Positions 1-8,815 of a DNA stretch of 28,552 nt are shown one piece after another. This DNA is from Pseudobacteriovorax sp. (GTDB lineage: Bacteria > Bdellovibrionota_B > Oligoflexia > Oligoflexales > Oligoflexaceae), in contig JBNKNM010000006.1 in the NCBI GenBank assembly GCA_050293845.1, forward strand, positions 1-28,552, given 5' to 3'. The notes beneath the pieces were generated by a model. That model was not told the origin of the DNA. It saw nothing but the letters and a program-made list of their open reading frames with translations, and made no database searches. Within the stretch, counting starts at the first letter, position 1; each line of letters opens with the position of its first letter. The translations under genes and the position numbers were made by a program.

Positions 1-813
1 CTTTACCTTTTCCTACGATTTGCACAAAGATTTAGTTCTATTGCACAAATATTCAGTTCAAGCATCCAGAGCTATCCATATTTCCGGTTAGCGCTCCAAA
101 GAAATAGAGAATATCTAGCCGAAACTAATTTCAAAAAACAAAGCAACTCCTCTTCCGACAACCTAGATCAAGCCCCCTGCATAAATATCAAAGACCTAAC
201 ATTTAGCTGGAGCAAACCAAAGCAAAATACCGTATTCTCCAACTTTAACCTTCACATACCCAAAGGCACTTCAATAGGGATTATGGGCAAAAGTGGCGCT
301 GGAAAGTCCACCCTGCTCAATCTTGTCCTCGGTCGCATTTTACCAGATGGTGGATCTGTGCAGATCAACAATCTTACCGTTGATAAATTTATGGAAGTTT
401 ATTCTTCCTCCCTTGCCTATGTCGGACCGATACATTTTCTCTATGATGGGACAATCAGAGAGAACCTTTGCTATGGCATTGATAGTCTAGTTAGTGAAGA
501 GGCTATTATTGACTCTCTGAAAAAAGCGGAAATATACGAACGAATATTGAATCTCCCTGATGGAATTGACTACCATTTTTCAAGTACAAACGATGTTTTT
601 TCTAGCGGTGAAAAACAAAGACTTTCAATAGCAAGAGCATTAATTAGGAAGCCGAAAATCATGATACTTGATGAAGCATCTGCAAATTTAGATCAGGAAA
701 CGGAAAGCTCAATTTCAGATACCTTAGATGATGTTTTTAGTGAATGCACTACCATTGCAGTATCCCATAGTCAAAATTTCCTAAAATTTTGTGACAGAGT
801 TATAAAAATTTGA
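1..813 (+). CDS. ABC transporter, fused permease/ATP-binding (MsbA/PglK-like glycan exporter), 5'-truncated
   Basis: Frame 1 is open from base 1 (LYLFLRFAQRFSSIAQIF..., resembling the end of a TM domain), then INIKDLTFSW, Walker A GKSGAGKST, signature FSSGEKQR, Walker B IMILDEA, D-loop SANLD and H-loop SH. The ORF-track start at 283 is internal. Confidence 0.88.
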   Translation, partial: LYLFLRFAQRFSSIAQIFSSSIQSYPYFRLALQRNREYLAETNFKKQSNSSSDNLDQAPCINIKDLTFSWSKPKQNTVFSNFNLHIPKGTSIGIMGKSGAGKSTLLNLVLGRILPDGGSVQINNLTVDKFMEVYSSSLAYVGPIHFLYDGTIRENLCYGIDSLVSEEAIIDSLKKAEIYERILNLPDGIDYHFSSTNDVFSSGEKQRLSIARALIRKPKIMILDEASANLDQETESSISDTLDDVFSECTTIAVSHSQNFLKFCDRVIKI

Positions 814-835
814 CTTTCTATCACCGGAGGAATCG

Positions 836-2188
836 TTGAAGAGGTTATCTATAGTTATCGCCGCAGAGCATCATGTTCGAAATTTCATGTCATCACATGT
901 TTTTGAGCTTCAAGGATATGAAGTGAAATACTTTGTTCTAGATACGGTATATCATTCAACAAAAAGCTTCTTTGATAACTGCAAACATGTCGTTTTATTT
1001 TCTAGAAATGAAACACAAGTGCCAGCTCATAAAAAATTATTTACTGTAACCACTTATCGATTCCAAAGACTATCTAGTTCTTTCACCCTCAGGATAAAGC
1101 GAAAGTTCGAATATAAGCGTATTAACAAATGGAGTCTACATCATGCTCTCTACTGGTTCAAAGTTTATATTAAAAATTTACTGCCGCTTCAAATTCTAGG
1201 AAACCGAATTGTTTATCCTTACTATTTCAAACATATGGAGCCAAAGCTTACGGTATCAAAAGAACTTCATCAGTTAATTTCAGACTTTAAGCCTGAACTC
1301 ATTATTATGGTATCATCTGCCCATGGAACTGTGGATAACGATATACCACGTATCGCTCGCGAACTTGGTGTTCCTTCTCTTTCACTTATTGACAATTGGG
1401 ACAATCTTTCAAGCAAAAGCAAAATGTGGTTTCTTCCAGACTATGTAGGAGTATTAGGCCCTCAATCTAAGTCTCATGCATGCAAAGTCCAAGGATTTAA
1501 AGAAGACCAAGTCTTTACCCTTGGAACTCCTCGATTTGACACATACAGGTCTCACAGTGGAGTTAAGCCATATAAATTCCGCTATGCCGTTTTTTGCGGT
1601 TGTGCTGTCCAGTTCATGGAGACGGAAGCCCTTAAAATTCTCGATGAGGAAATTGAATCAAATCCTAATCTGTACCAAGGGCTGAAAATTATATATAGAC
1701 CTCACCCATGGCGACATAAAAGAAAATTAGACGACGAGTTTGATTCAAAAAAATATAAAAATGTAATTCTAGATCTACAGATGAAGAAAGATAAGATAGA
1801 GGAGAACAAAGCTTTTCTCCCTGAATTAGATTACTATCCTAATCTTCTAAAAAACGCCGAATTTATCATTTCACCATTGTCAACAATGGTTCTCGAAGCC
1901 GCTATATGTGAAAAACTGATTCTGGCAATCGCCTATAAGGACAAATACCATATAACTTCACCACATAATCTACTAAAATATTGTAAACATTTATCTGACA
2001 TAGATACTCTTGACTTACTTACAATTTGCCATGACAAGAAATTCTTTGCGGAAGACTTCCGTAAAGTATACAAGCAATCAACAGATAAAACCCATCAATC
2101 TTCTGAGAATATAAGCTACTTTGTTACATTTGATGAAAAAAATTATAAATCTCATTTAGAAAAAACTATAGACCATATTCTACAATGA
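836..2188 (+). CDS. Putative GT-B fold transferase (WDNxxSK / RPHP motif family; TagF/KpsS-like)
   Basis: TTG start with GGAGG at 826-830. Motifs DNWDNLSSK, PDYV, IYRPHP, ISPLSTMVLEAA. Clear paralogue at 11504-12856. Confidence 0.65.
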   Translation: MKRLSIVIAAEHHVRNFMSSHVFELQGYEVKYFVLDTVYHSTKSFFDNCKHVVLFSRNETQVPAHKKLFTVTTYRFQRLSSSFTLRIKRKFEYKRINKWSLHHALYWFKVYIKNLLPLQILGNRIVYPYYFKHMEPKLTVSKELHQLISDFKPELIIMVSSAHGTVDNDIPRIARELGVPSLSLIDNWDNLSSKSKMWFLPDYVGVLGPQSKSHACKVQGFKEDQVFTLGTPRFDTYRSHSGVKPYKFRYAVFCGCAVQFMETEALKILDEEIESNPNLYQGLKIIYRPHPWRHKRKLDDEFDSKKYKNVILDLQMKKDKIEENKAFLPELDYYPNLLKNAEFIISPLSTMVLEAAICEKLILAIAYKDKYHITSPHNLLKYCKHLSDIDTLDLLTICHDKKFFAEDFRKVYKQSTDKTHQSSENISYFVTFDEKNYKSHLEKTIDHILQ

Positions 2189-2228
2189 TATTGTTATGAA
2201 ACTTATAATTACAACATTGGGGGAAAAC

Positions 2229-2972
2229 ATGGAAAAACAAATGAATTATGCTGACGGAATACAAGTCACTACCACAAATGACCTTGAGGTATATAGGTTT
2301 GATTCATTCTTCGATAAAGAACCTGAAACGATCTACTGGATAGACAACTATATCAAAAAAAATGATGTAGTCTTTGATGTAGGAGCGAACATTGGAGTCT
2401 ACTCTCTTTATATAGCAAAAACAAAAGTTTCTGGAAAAATTATAGCTATAGAACCTTTTTTAGAAAACTTTGTTGCATTAACAAAAAACATTAGGCTAAA
2501 TAATTTTCAGAACCTAATTCCTCTTTTTATAGCTCTATCAGATAGAGATTCACTAACATCTTTTCATGTCAAGGACGCTCGTGTTGGAGCTTCTGGAAGC
2601 CAGATAGACAACAACATAAATGAGAAAGGGGTTCATTATGGAGAATTATTTAGAGATTACATACTAACTTATAAGTTTGACAACCTTATCAAAACTTTTG
2701 ACCTTCCATTTCCTAACCATATAAAAGTAGATGTAGATGGTAGAGAGAAAAGTATTCTATGTGGAATGAAGGAAACTTTAAAATCACCTCATTTAAAAAC
2801 CTTACTGTTTGAGGTGAATTCACATGATGAAAAATCATATTTTATAAGTGAGCTTAATAAGTATAATTTTACCTCCGATAATGAAGTAAACAAATTGGAG
2901 AACCATTCTAGAATTCGGAGAAGTAAAAAATTAGGAAATGTAGCAGAAAACATAGTATTTACAAGGAAATAA
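2229..2972 (+). CDS. FkbM-family SAM-dependent methyltransferase
   Basis: Motifs KEPET..WI, FDVGANIGVYS, IEP, HIKVDVDG.E, LLFE. ATG 2229 follows a G-rich SD-like run; the ORF track starts at 2196. Confidence 0.88.
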   Translation: MEKQMNYADGIQVTTTNDLEVYRFDSFFDKEPETIYWIDNYIKKNDVVFDVGANIGVYSLYIAKTKVSGKIIAIEPFLENFVALTKNIRLNNFQNLIPLFIALSDRDSLTSFHVKDARVGASGSQIDNNINEKGVHYGELFRDYILTYKFDNLIKTFDLPFPNHIKVDVDGREKSILCGMKETLKSPHLKTLLFEVNSHDEKSYFISELNKYNFTSDNEVNKLENHSRIRRSKKLGNVAENIVFTRK

Positions 2973-3023
2973 ATTTATCAAGGTATATGCTATAAGCTAT
3001 GGACTACCATAACAATCAGCCTA

Positions 3024-3500
3024 TCATGAAAAATATTTCCTATAATCGCCAAAGCGAGAATCGTCTATAGTAAAACTAGATGATTCCCCTTCTCGAAACT
3101 CACCACTCGAAAAATTCGCCAGTAAAGATTCCCCCTCAGCAATACCCATAAATCCATAAATAAGATTCGGCGGGATTGTTAATAGAGAATAACTTTCTTC
3201 ACTAAGTTCACATTGGGTAACGCTCCGATAGGAAGGTGACGTTTCACGATGATCAATTAAAACAAACCTGACTTTACCATACGGAACTACAATCCTTTGT
3301 GAATACTCATGATGGATTTTCCATCCTTTTATTATATTTTTCTTAACCTTTGAGAAATATATCTCGCCAAAATCATCATTAAAATTCGGCGAACTTTTTT
3401 TAACCATATGCAAGACAGCCCCTTTTCCATCACGAAAGACCATCTTTTTAGTCAAAGTAACCCCTTCAATTTCAGTATTAGTCACTCGTTCACTGTCCAT
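3024..3500 (-). CDS. RmlC-like cupin NDP-4-keto-6-deoxyhexose epimerase
   Basis: Motifs D.KG, EIYFS, KGWKIH, GKVRFVLIDHRETS, LTIPP..IYGF. Overlaps the rfbG stop. Tandem stops TGA TAG. Confidence 0.85.
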   Translation of the reverse strand: MDSERVTNTEIEGVTLTKKMVFRDGKGAVLHMVKKSSPNFNDDFGEIYFSKVKKNIIKGWKIHHEYSQRIVVPYGKVRFVLIDHRETSPSYRSVTQCELSEESYSLLTIPPNLIYGFMGIAEGESLLANFSSGEFREGESSSFTIDDSRFGDYRKYFS

Positions 3501-4582
3501 ACAGCATGTCTCACTTTTGCTAACTCTACATACTCATTGATATCGTTATTTGTATAAGCTTCAGCTTGTTCCTGAGATTGATTGTAGAACATGGAATACC
3601 AATTGAATGTCATATTTGCGGATTCTTTAAAACTAAGAGTCGGCTTCCATCCTAGTAAACTGAGGGCTCGATCGCAGTTTAGGCGTAGCAGATTAGCCTC
3701 TTTATTTTTTAGAAGATCTTCACCTGAATTCCAGCTGCTGTCAGGCCAGGTTTTCTTTGCCTCATCGACTAACTCTTTGACTGACTGCACAGTGTCACTT
3801 GGAGGACCGAAGTTGAATGATTTACCGTTAATTTTCTCATTTTTTAATAGAAGCTGAGAACCGAGGTGTAAATAGCCACTGAGTGGCTCTAAAACATGCT
3901 GCCATGGCCTCGTTGAAGACGGAGACCGTATTTCAGCAGGATTGTTTTCTGACCACGATCTCACACAATCCGGCACAATCCGGTGCTGCGCCCAGTCACC
4001 ACCACCGATCACATTTCCCGCTCTTGCTGTAGCGGCATAAATACTCTCTCTTGAAATAAAGCTACGAAAGAAAGAAGAAAATACTACTTCAGCGCAAGCT
4101 TTTGAGGCTGAGTAAGGGTCTTTGCCTCCAAGCTGGTCATTTTCGCGATAGCCAAATTCCCACTCTTTATTTTCATAACATTTATCACTTGTTATAATGA
4201 CAGCAGCTTCTGTAGTGCCTGCTTTAGTAATAGCATCCAACACGTTGGCCGTTCCTAAAACGTTGGTCTCTATTGTTTCCAGTGGATTGGTAACGGACTT
4301 GCCGACTAATGATTGTGCCGCTAAATGGAAAACTATATCGGGTCTATGAGTTTTCAATGTTTTTTGAAAGGCTTTGTAATCACGGATATCACCTTCTATA
4401 GATTCTAGGTTTTCCCTCAGATTTATCAACTCAAAGTGAGAGGGCTTAGTTGGAATATCATAGGAATACCCCACCACTTTTGCACCTAAATTGACAAGCC
4501 ATTGGCTTAACCAGCTACCCTTAAATCCGGTATGCCCAGTAACCAGTACTGTCTTTCCAGAAAACACATGATTAAACATCAT
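3482..4582 (-). CDS. rfbG: CDP-glucose 4,6-dehydratase
   Basis: Motifs VTGHTGFKGSWL, HLAAQ, TSDKCY, DPYSASK, RAGNVIGGGDW, RPWQHVLEPL. GGAGG SD 7 nt before ATG 4582. Confidence 0.95.
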   Translation of the reverse strand: MMFNHVFSGKTVLVTGHTGFKGSWLSQWLVNLGAKVVGYSYDIPTKPSHFELINLRENLESIEGDIRDYKAFQKTLKTHRPDIVFHLAAQSLVGKSVTNPLETIETNVLGTANVLDAITKAGTTEAAVIITSDKCYENKEWEFGYRENDQLGGKDPYSASKACAEVVFSSFFRSFISRESIYAATARAGNVIGGGDWAQHRIVPDCVRSWSENNPAEIRSPSSTRPWQHVLEPLSGYLHLGSQLLLKNEKINGKSFNFGPPSDTVQSVKELVDEAKKTWPDSSWNSGEDLLKNKEANLLRLNCDRALSLLGWKPTLSFKESANMTFNWYSMFYNQSQEQAEAYTNNDINEYVELAKVRHAVWTVNE

Positions 4583-5360
4583 CAATTTGCCTCCCACTCC
4601 ATGGGACATCCTTGCTCTTCCATAGAGACTCTAAATAGTTTTTATCTCTTATGGTATCCATACACTGCCAAAAACCGGTATGCTGAAAGGCCATCAGTTG
4701 CCTCCCATCCGCAAGATTTTCAAGGGGTTTTTTTTCTAATATCGTATCATCACCTTTCGGGAAATAGCCCAAAGCTTCGGGTTCCATAACAAAGAAACCG
4801 CCATTAATCCAGCCCTGCTCAGCTTGCGGTTTTTCCTTAAACTTCATTACGGTTTCATTTTCCAATGTAACCTCCCCAAAACGAGCTGTAGGACGCACTG
4901 CAGAAACTGTAGCTAATTTTCCATGATCTCGATGGAATTTCACTAAATCATGAAGGTTAATATTCGACAAGCCATCCCCATAAGTTAACATAAAGGTTCC
5001 ATGTTCTCTTAAATAGTCTTGCAGCCGGAGAACCCTTCCTCCAGTCATAGTTTCTAGACCGGTGTCAACTAGGGAAATTTTCCAATCAATTCGTGGTTTT
5101 TTTAGGAATTGCAAATCACCTGTGTTCATGTCGACTACGAAGTCGCTTTTTAAGGCGTAGTAATTCAAAAAATAGTTCTTGATAAACTCAGATTTGTAGC
5201 CTAAAGCAAGAATAAAGTCATTAAAGCCGTAGCTTGCATAATAGTTCATAATATGCCAGAGCATTGGCTTACCGCCAATTTCAACCATTGGCTTTGGGCG
5301 GAGGTGTGTTTCTTCACTGATGCGTGTCCCAAATCCACCACAAAGAATGACAACTTTCAT
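4572..5360 (-). CDS. rfbF: Glucose-1-phosphate cytidylyltransferase
   Basis: Motifs ILCGGFGTRISEET..PKPMVEIG, DTG..TMTGGR, LTYGDG, WINGGFF, GFWQCMDT.RD. Confidence 0.96.
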   Translation of the reverse strand: MKVVILCGGFGTRISEETHLRPKPMVEIGGKPMLWHIMNYYASYGFNDFILALGYKSEFIKNYFLNYYALKSDFVVDMNTGDLQFLKKPRIDWKISLVDTGLETMTGGRVLRLQDYLREHGTFMLTYGDGLSNINLHDLVKFHRDHGKLATVSAVRPTARFGEVTLENETVMKFKEKPQAEQGWINGGFFVMEPEALGYFPKGDDTILEKKPLENLADGRQLMAFQHTGFWQCMDTIRDKNYLESLWKSKDVPWSGRQIDDV

Positions 5361-5443
5361 TGCAAATTTCCCAGTTTCGTTGATTAGATAAATGTAATAT
5401 ATCCTTATTAAATGATCCTTGCGAATATTTTTTAGGAACTACG

Positions 5444-6328
5444 ATGGAAAAAGGCAAGCTAACTTGCGTTATTAACGTAAGAAATGGAGCGAAATTTATA
5501 CAAAAGACTATTCAATCTGTGCTAAAGCAATCCAAACCAACTAAAATCCTCGTAGTGGATAATCATAGCGCCGATAAAACAAGAGAGATATGTAGTCGCT
5601 ACAGTGATGTCCAGGTTGAACTCACCCCGAAGCCCATGAAGCTCGGCGATGCACGGAATTTTTCACTTTCATATGTCATAACTGAATTCGTATCCTGGTT
5701 AGACTCCGACGATATATGGGAACCGAATTTTGCTGAATACGTTACCACACAACTCGAAAGAGACCCTAACCTAAGTGTATGTTGTACAAATTATAATATT
5801 ATTGATGAGTTTGATGAAATCAAACAACAAAATGTCGTAGTCGACAACAAGAAGAGGGGAGACTGCCCCAAGTCAATTATCAAGGAACGGCGTGTTCGTA
5901 GCGCTTGGCCTGCCTATTGTTTTAGAACCAGATTTGTCTTAGCTGCTGGGGGCTTTAACCCAAAACTAAAATATGCTCCAGATCTAGATTTAATTCTTAG
6001 AGTCTCAAACTATAAAGCAGGCGTTTTTATCGATAAGGCTCTTGTGAATTACCGCTCCCACCAAAATCAGCTTACGCAGCAGTTTTCCAACACTCTTAAA
6101 TACCAAGAAAGTGATAGTGTTCTCATACAATATATCTGTAAATACAGTATTCACAAATTATATCGCGTGCCATTAATCAGAACAAATACCTGGTATTTAA
6201 TCGCAAGAAGTGACCTGAGAACCCATAAGACATGGAAGAATTACATACGAGTTTTGTTTGTCGCAATGTTACCCCCGAACAACATCAGGCTCCTGACCAA
6301 ACTCCTCACTACGAAAATCTTGAATTAG
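5444..6328 (+). CDS. Glycosyltransferase family 2
   Basis: Motifs VVDNHSAD, ARN, WLDSDD (DxD), GGF, PDLDL, YRSH. AGGA upstream. Confidence 0.9.
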   Translation: MEKGKLTCVINVRNGAKFIQKTIQSVLKQSKPTKILVVDNHSADKTREICSRYSDVQVELTPKPMKLGDARNFSLSYVITEFVSWLDSDDIWEPNFAEYVTTQLERDPNLSVCCTNYNIIDEFDEIKQQNVVVDNKKRGDCPKSIIKERRVRSAWPAYCFRTRFVLAAGGFNPKLKYAPDLDLILRVSNYKAGVFIDKALVNYRSHQNQLTQQFSNTLKYQESDSVLIQYICKYSIHKLYRVPLIRTNTWYLIARSDLRTHKTWKNYIRVLFVAMLPPNNIRLLTKLLTTKILN

Positions 6329-7261
6329 CTTACTGACGCCAGACAACAAAGACGGATTTATGGCAAAGTGAAAGGCTTTTTGTATCTTTTCATTTGACCC
6401 ATAGTTAACAGGCACCTCAAATGGACGCATAGAGATCTCGCCATAGCGAATCTCTTTATCATAATGCAGCTGAGACCTTATATTTTCTAATACTTCTCTT
6501 ACAGGTATCGCTTGCCCCGAGCAAACATTATAAATGCCCGAAGTATCAAGAGATAGTTTTTGCAAAGTATGCTGATAAGCTGAAACCACCTCATTAATGG
6601 GTAAGAAGTCTCGCTTCTGAGTACAGTCAGTCAATTTGATAGGTTTATGGCTCATAATTCCGCGAACAAAAGATGGGATCAGCTTCTTGGGATGATCCAG
6701 AACTCCAAAGGGAATAAAGAGCCTTAACACAGCAGTTGGAATTTGATACTTTTTTGCCAAATTTAATGAGTGAATTGTCGAATTTAGCTTAGAAAGCCCA
6801 TAGCCGGTTGCGGGAAAACTTAGGTGATTTTCATTAATGCCCTGAGGCTCACTGCCGTACTCCATTGATGAGCCCGTGACAATTACTTTCAATACATTTT
6901 GTTTTTTTGCGCTATTAAAGATTTGTCCTAAGGGGCCATGATTAACCTTGAGACTTTCAATAAAGTCGAAATCTTCGCTTGAATATCCTGAAGTATAGCC
7001 AGCATGATGTATGATAGCAGAAGGTTTTACTTTACTGATGACATCATTAATTTGCCCATTATTTAATAGATCTAATTGAATGAGGTCACACGACTTTGAT
7101 GCATACTGCAATCGCAAGCTCTTCACCCCAGTATAGGAGCTTGGATTGTTTTGAACGGTGCCAAATACTGTATTCGTTTTTCCAATTGTATGTGCCAAAT
7201 GGCACCCAACGAAGGACGATACCCCTGTGATTAGGACTCTATCTGTACCCACACTTACCAA
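6269..7261 (-). CDS. NAD(P)-dependent sugar epimerase/4-reductase (extended SDR; CDP-sugar reductase-like)
   Basis: Motifs ITGVSSFVG, GSSMEYG, YGLSK (YxxxK), RDF, YNVCSG. TTG start 6 nt after a GGAGGT that lies within the upstream gene's last codons. Confidence 0.85.
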   Translation of the reverse strand: MVSVGTDRVLITGVSSFVGCHLAHTIGKTNTVFGTVQNNPSSYTGVKSLRLQYASKSCDLIQLDLLNNGQINDVISKVKPSAIIHHAGYTSGYSSEDFDFIESLKVNHGPLGQIFNSAKKQNVLKVIVTGSSMEYGSEPQGINENHLSFPATGYGLSKLNSTIHSLNLAKKYQIPTAVLRLFIPFGVLDHPKKLIPSFVRGIMSHKPIKLTDCTQKRDFLPINEVVSAYQHTLQKLSLDTSGIYNVCSGQAIPVREVLENIRSQLHYDKEIRYGEISMRPFEVPVNYGSNEKIQKAFHFAINPSLLSGVSKLIQDFRSEEFGQEPDVVRG

Positions 7262-7264
7262 AAG

Positions 7265-8797
7265 CTAACCTCCAGTAAAATGATCGACAGCCAAAGCTTT
7301 ATTATCTTCTGAAACAATATACCAACTACCGTTAAAATTTGTAGTTTGTGATTCTAACTGAACAATGGCTGCTTCTTTAATATTCTCCCCTAACTTTTTA
7401 ATTAATTCTTTAGAATCAATGACAGTAATTCCTGCAGGGTCAATCTTATAGCTAAATTTTATCTCCGCTCCAGTATCGCTGATTATTCTAATAGAAAGCT
7501 TACTAGACTCTTCATTACCGCCTCCAACAATGGAGTAGTAGATAAAAGATTTTGCGTCATTAAGCAGTGGTGCAAATTTTCTACACCTATAACTTTTATT
7601 TAAAGGTCTTGGGGAATTAAAGTAACCCAGACTGCTTGTGTGTGAATGTACCTGGTCACAGTTTTGGTTTTCTTCTGTGTTATAGAAAACTTGAGCATAA
7701 GCGGGAGGCGTATTCTCAAATGCCCCCGCATCAGTGTGAAAATCAACCTCCAAGTACCTACCTATCGACGCATCCAAAGACGGAAGTAATTTGTTAATAT
7801 CAATTAGTGAAGTTCCTTCATAAGCACCAAGATCGACTCTTTGTTCAAGCTGATGCCTAAGATCAAATGACGTAATGGATATTTGACTTGGCGTAAACCC
7901 CAAGCTTTCCGGAGTTAGTAATAAGCGGCAACCAAATTTGGGGGGAAGAAACACATATGTTTTAAGTGGTCTAGCAAAGCTTCTATCTATTTTTTTCGCT
8001 TCACTCCACCTTGGCCCATCATGCCAAAGACTTCTTATAGCATGCGACTTATCTATTTGCGCAAAGAAACCTCCAGAGACTACTGGATTAGGGACGCTAT
8101 AAAAGGAGCAATTATTTTTCTCAACCGTTTTTATGGGTTGAGAAAGGTTGAATGATAATGAGATAGTTTTCTCAGCAATAGAGCCAAATGCGCGACCACC
8201 TAGAAGAGCTACAGGGTCAGCCTGAGGCCGATTGGGAAGAGAGTGAACTCCAGCTGTGTATGAGCTACTTGTATCCTTGGTTAACACAAAGTAGCGTAAC
8301 TCATTATCTGGAATAGATATCTTTGGATGAAAGGCCTGAATCAAAAGAGTCATGTTATTTGAGTCGCATTCTGGGTAAATTTCCTGCGAAAGAAATTTTC
8401 GGACGGCATGTGATTCCAAAACGATGTTTTTATATGTAATGACTTCAAAGCTATCCATGACTACAAATCTATAAAATATAGGATCCCTGATGCCATAATT
8501 AGCCTGAAAAAAGTTATACAGTAAATATTCAGTATTATTGTTGAGAGGTGCCCAAGACTCTACGAAAGGAACATCATCGTCGGGCACAATATCATTTATA
8601 CTATGTCCTTTATAAAAGAACTCAAATACTGCTGGAACCCATTCATCTCTGCCCACCAACCGGCACGACTTATTATATTCAAGGCAAAACGCATTCAATT
8701 TGGATCTATCAAAACGATTAATTGGACGACCCATACGACTTTTAATAGCTCTCTTTACCTTGATAGGTAATCTACTACTAAGACTATCTAACATCAC
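7265..8797 (-). CDS. Hypothetical 510-aa soluble protein with internal ~100-aa repeats ending in His motifs
   Basis: Long ORF with AAGGAG SD 8 nt before GTG, packed between the hisF-like gene and the SDR. No family motif recognised. Confidence 0.8.
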   Translation of the reverse strand: MMLDSLSSRLPIKVKRAIKSRMGRPINRFDRSKLNAFCLEYNKSCRLVGRDEWVPAVFEFFYKGHSINDIVPDDDVPFVESWAPLNNNTEYLLYNFFQANYGIRDPIFYRFVVMDSFEVITYKNIVLESHAVRKFLSQEIYPECDSNNMTLLIQAFHPKISIPDNELRYFVLTKDTSSSYTAGVHSLPNRPQADPVALLGGRAFGSIAEKTISLSFNLSQPIKTVEKNNCSFYSVPNPVVSGGFFAQIDKSHAIRSLWHDGPRWSEAKKIDRSFARPLKTYVFLPPKFGCRLLLTPESLGFTPSQISITSFDLRHQLEQRVDLGAYEGTSLIDINKLLPSLDASIGRYLEVDFHTDAGAFENTPPAYAQVFYNTEENQNCDQVHSHTSSLGYFNSPRPLNKSYRCRKFAPLLNDAKSFIYYSIVGGGNEESSKLSIRIISDTGAEIKFSYKIDPAGITVIDSKELIKKLGENIKEAAIVQLESQTTNFNGSWYIVSEDNKALAVDHFTGG

Positions 8798-8815
8798 TTC
8801 TATGGCTCCTTAATT

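Noticed and set aside
2998..3011. Hairpin TATGG-ACTA-CCATA between convergent FkbM and RmlC-like genes as a terminator
   Set aside because: A 5-bp AT-rich stem with no U-tract is too weak to call.
3964..3983. Perfect 10-bp tandem repeat CACAATCCGG x2 inside rfbG as a possible phase-variation site
   Set aside because: Only two copies, and it encodes the normal conserved RIVPDC segment in an intact frame.
7265..7276. C-terminal Gly-Gly of the 510-aa protein, suggesting a ubiquitin/ThiS-like sulfur carrier for the PP-loop enzyme
   Set aside because: The GG codons (GGA GGT) double as the SD of the next gene's TTG start, no beta-grasp domain is evident, and HisH/HisF indicate nitrogen rather than sulfur transfer. 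Worth revisiting only if GG is conserved in homologues with other downstream genes.
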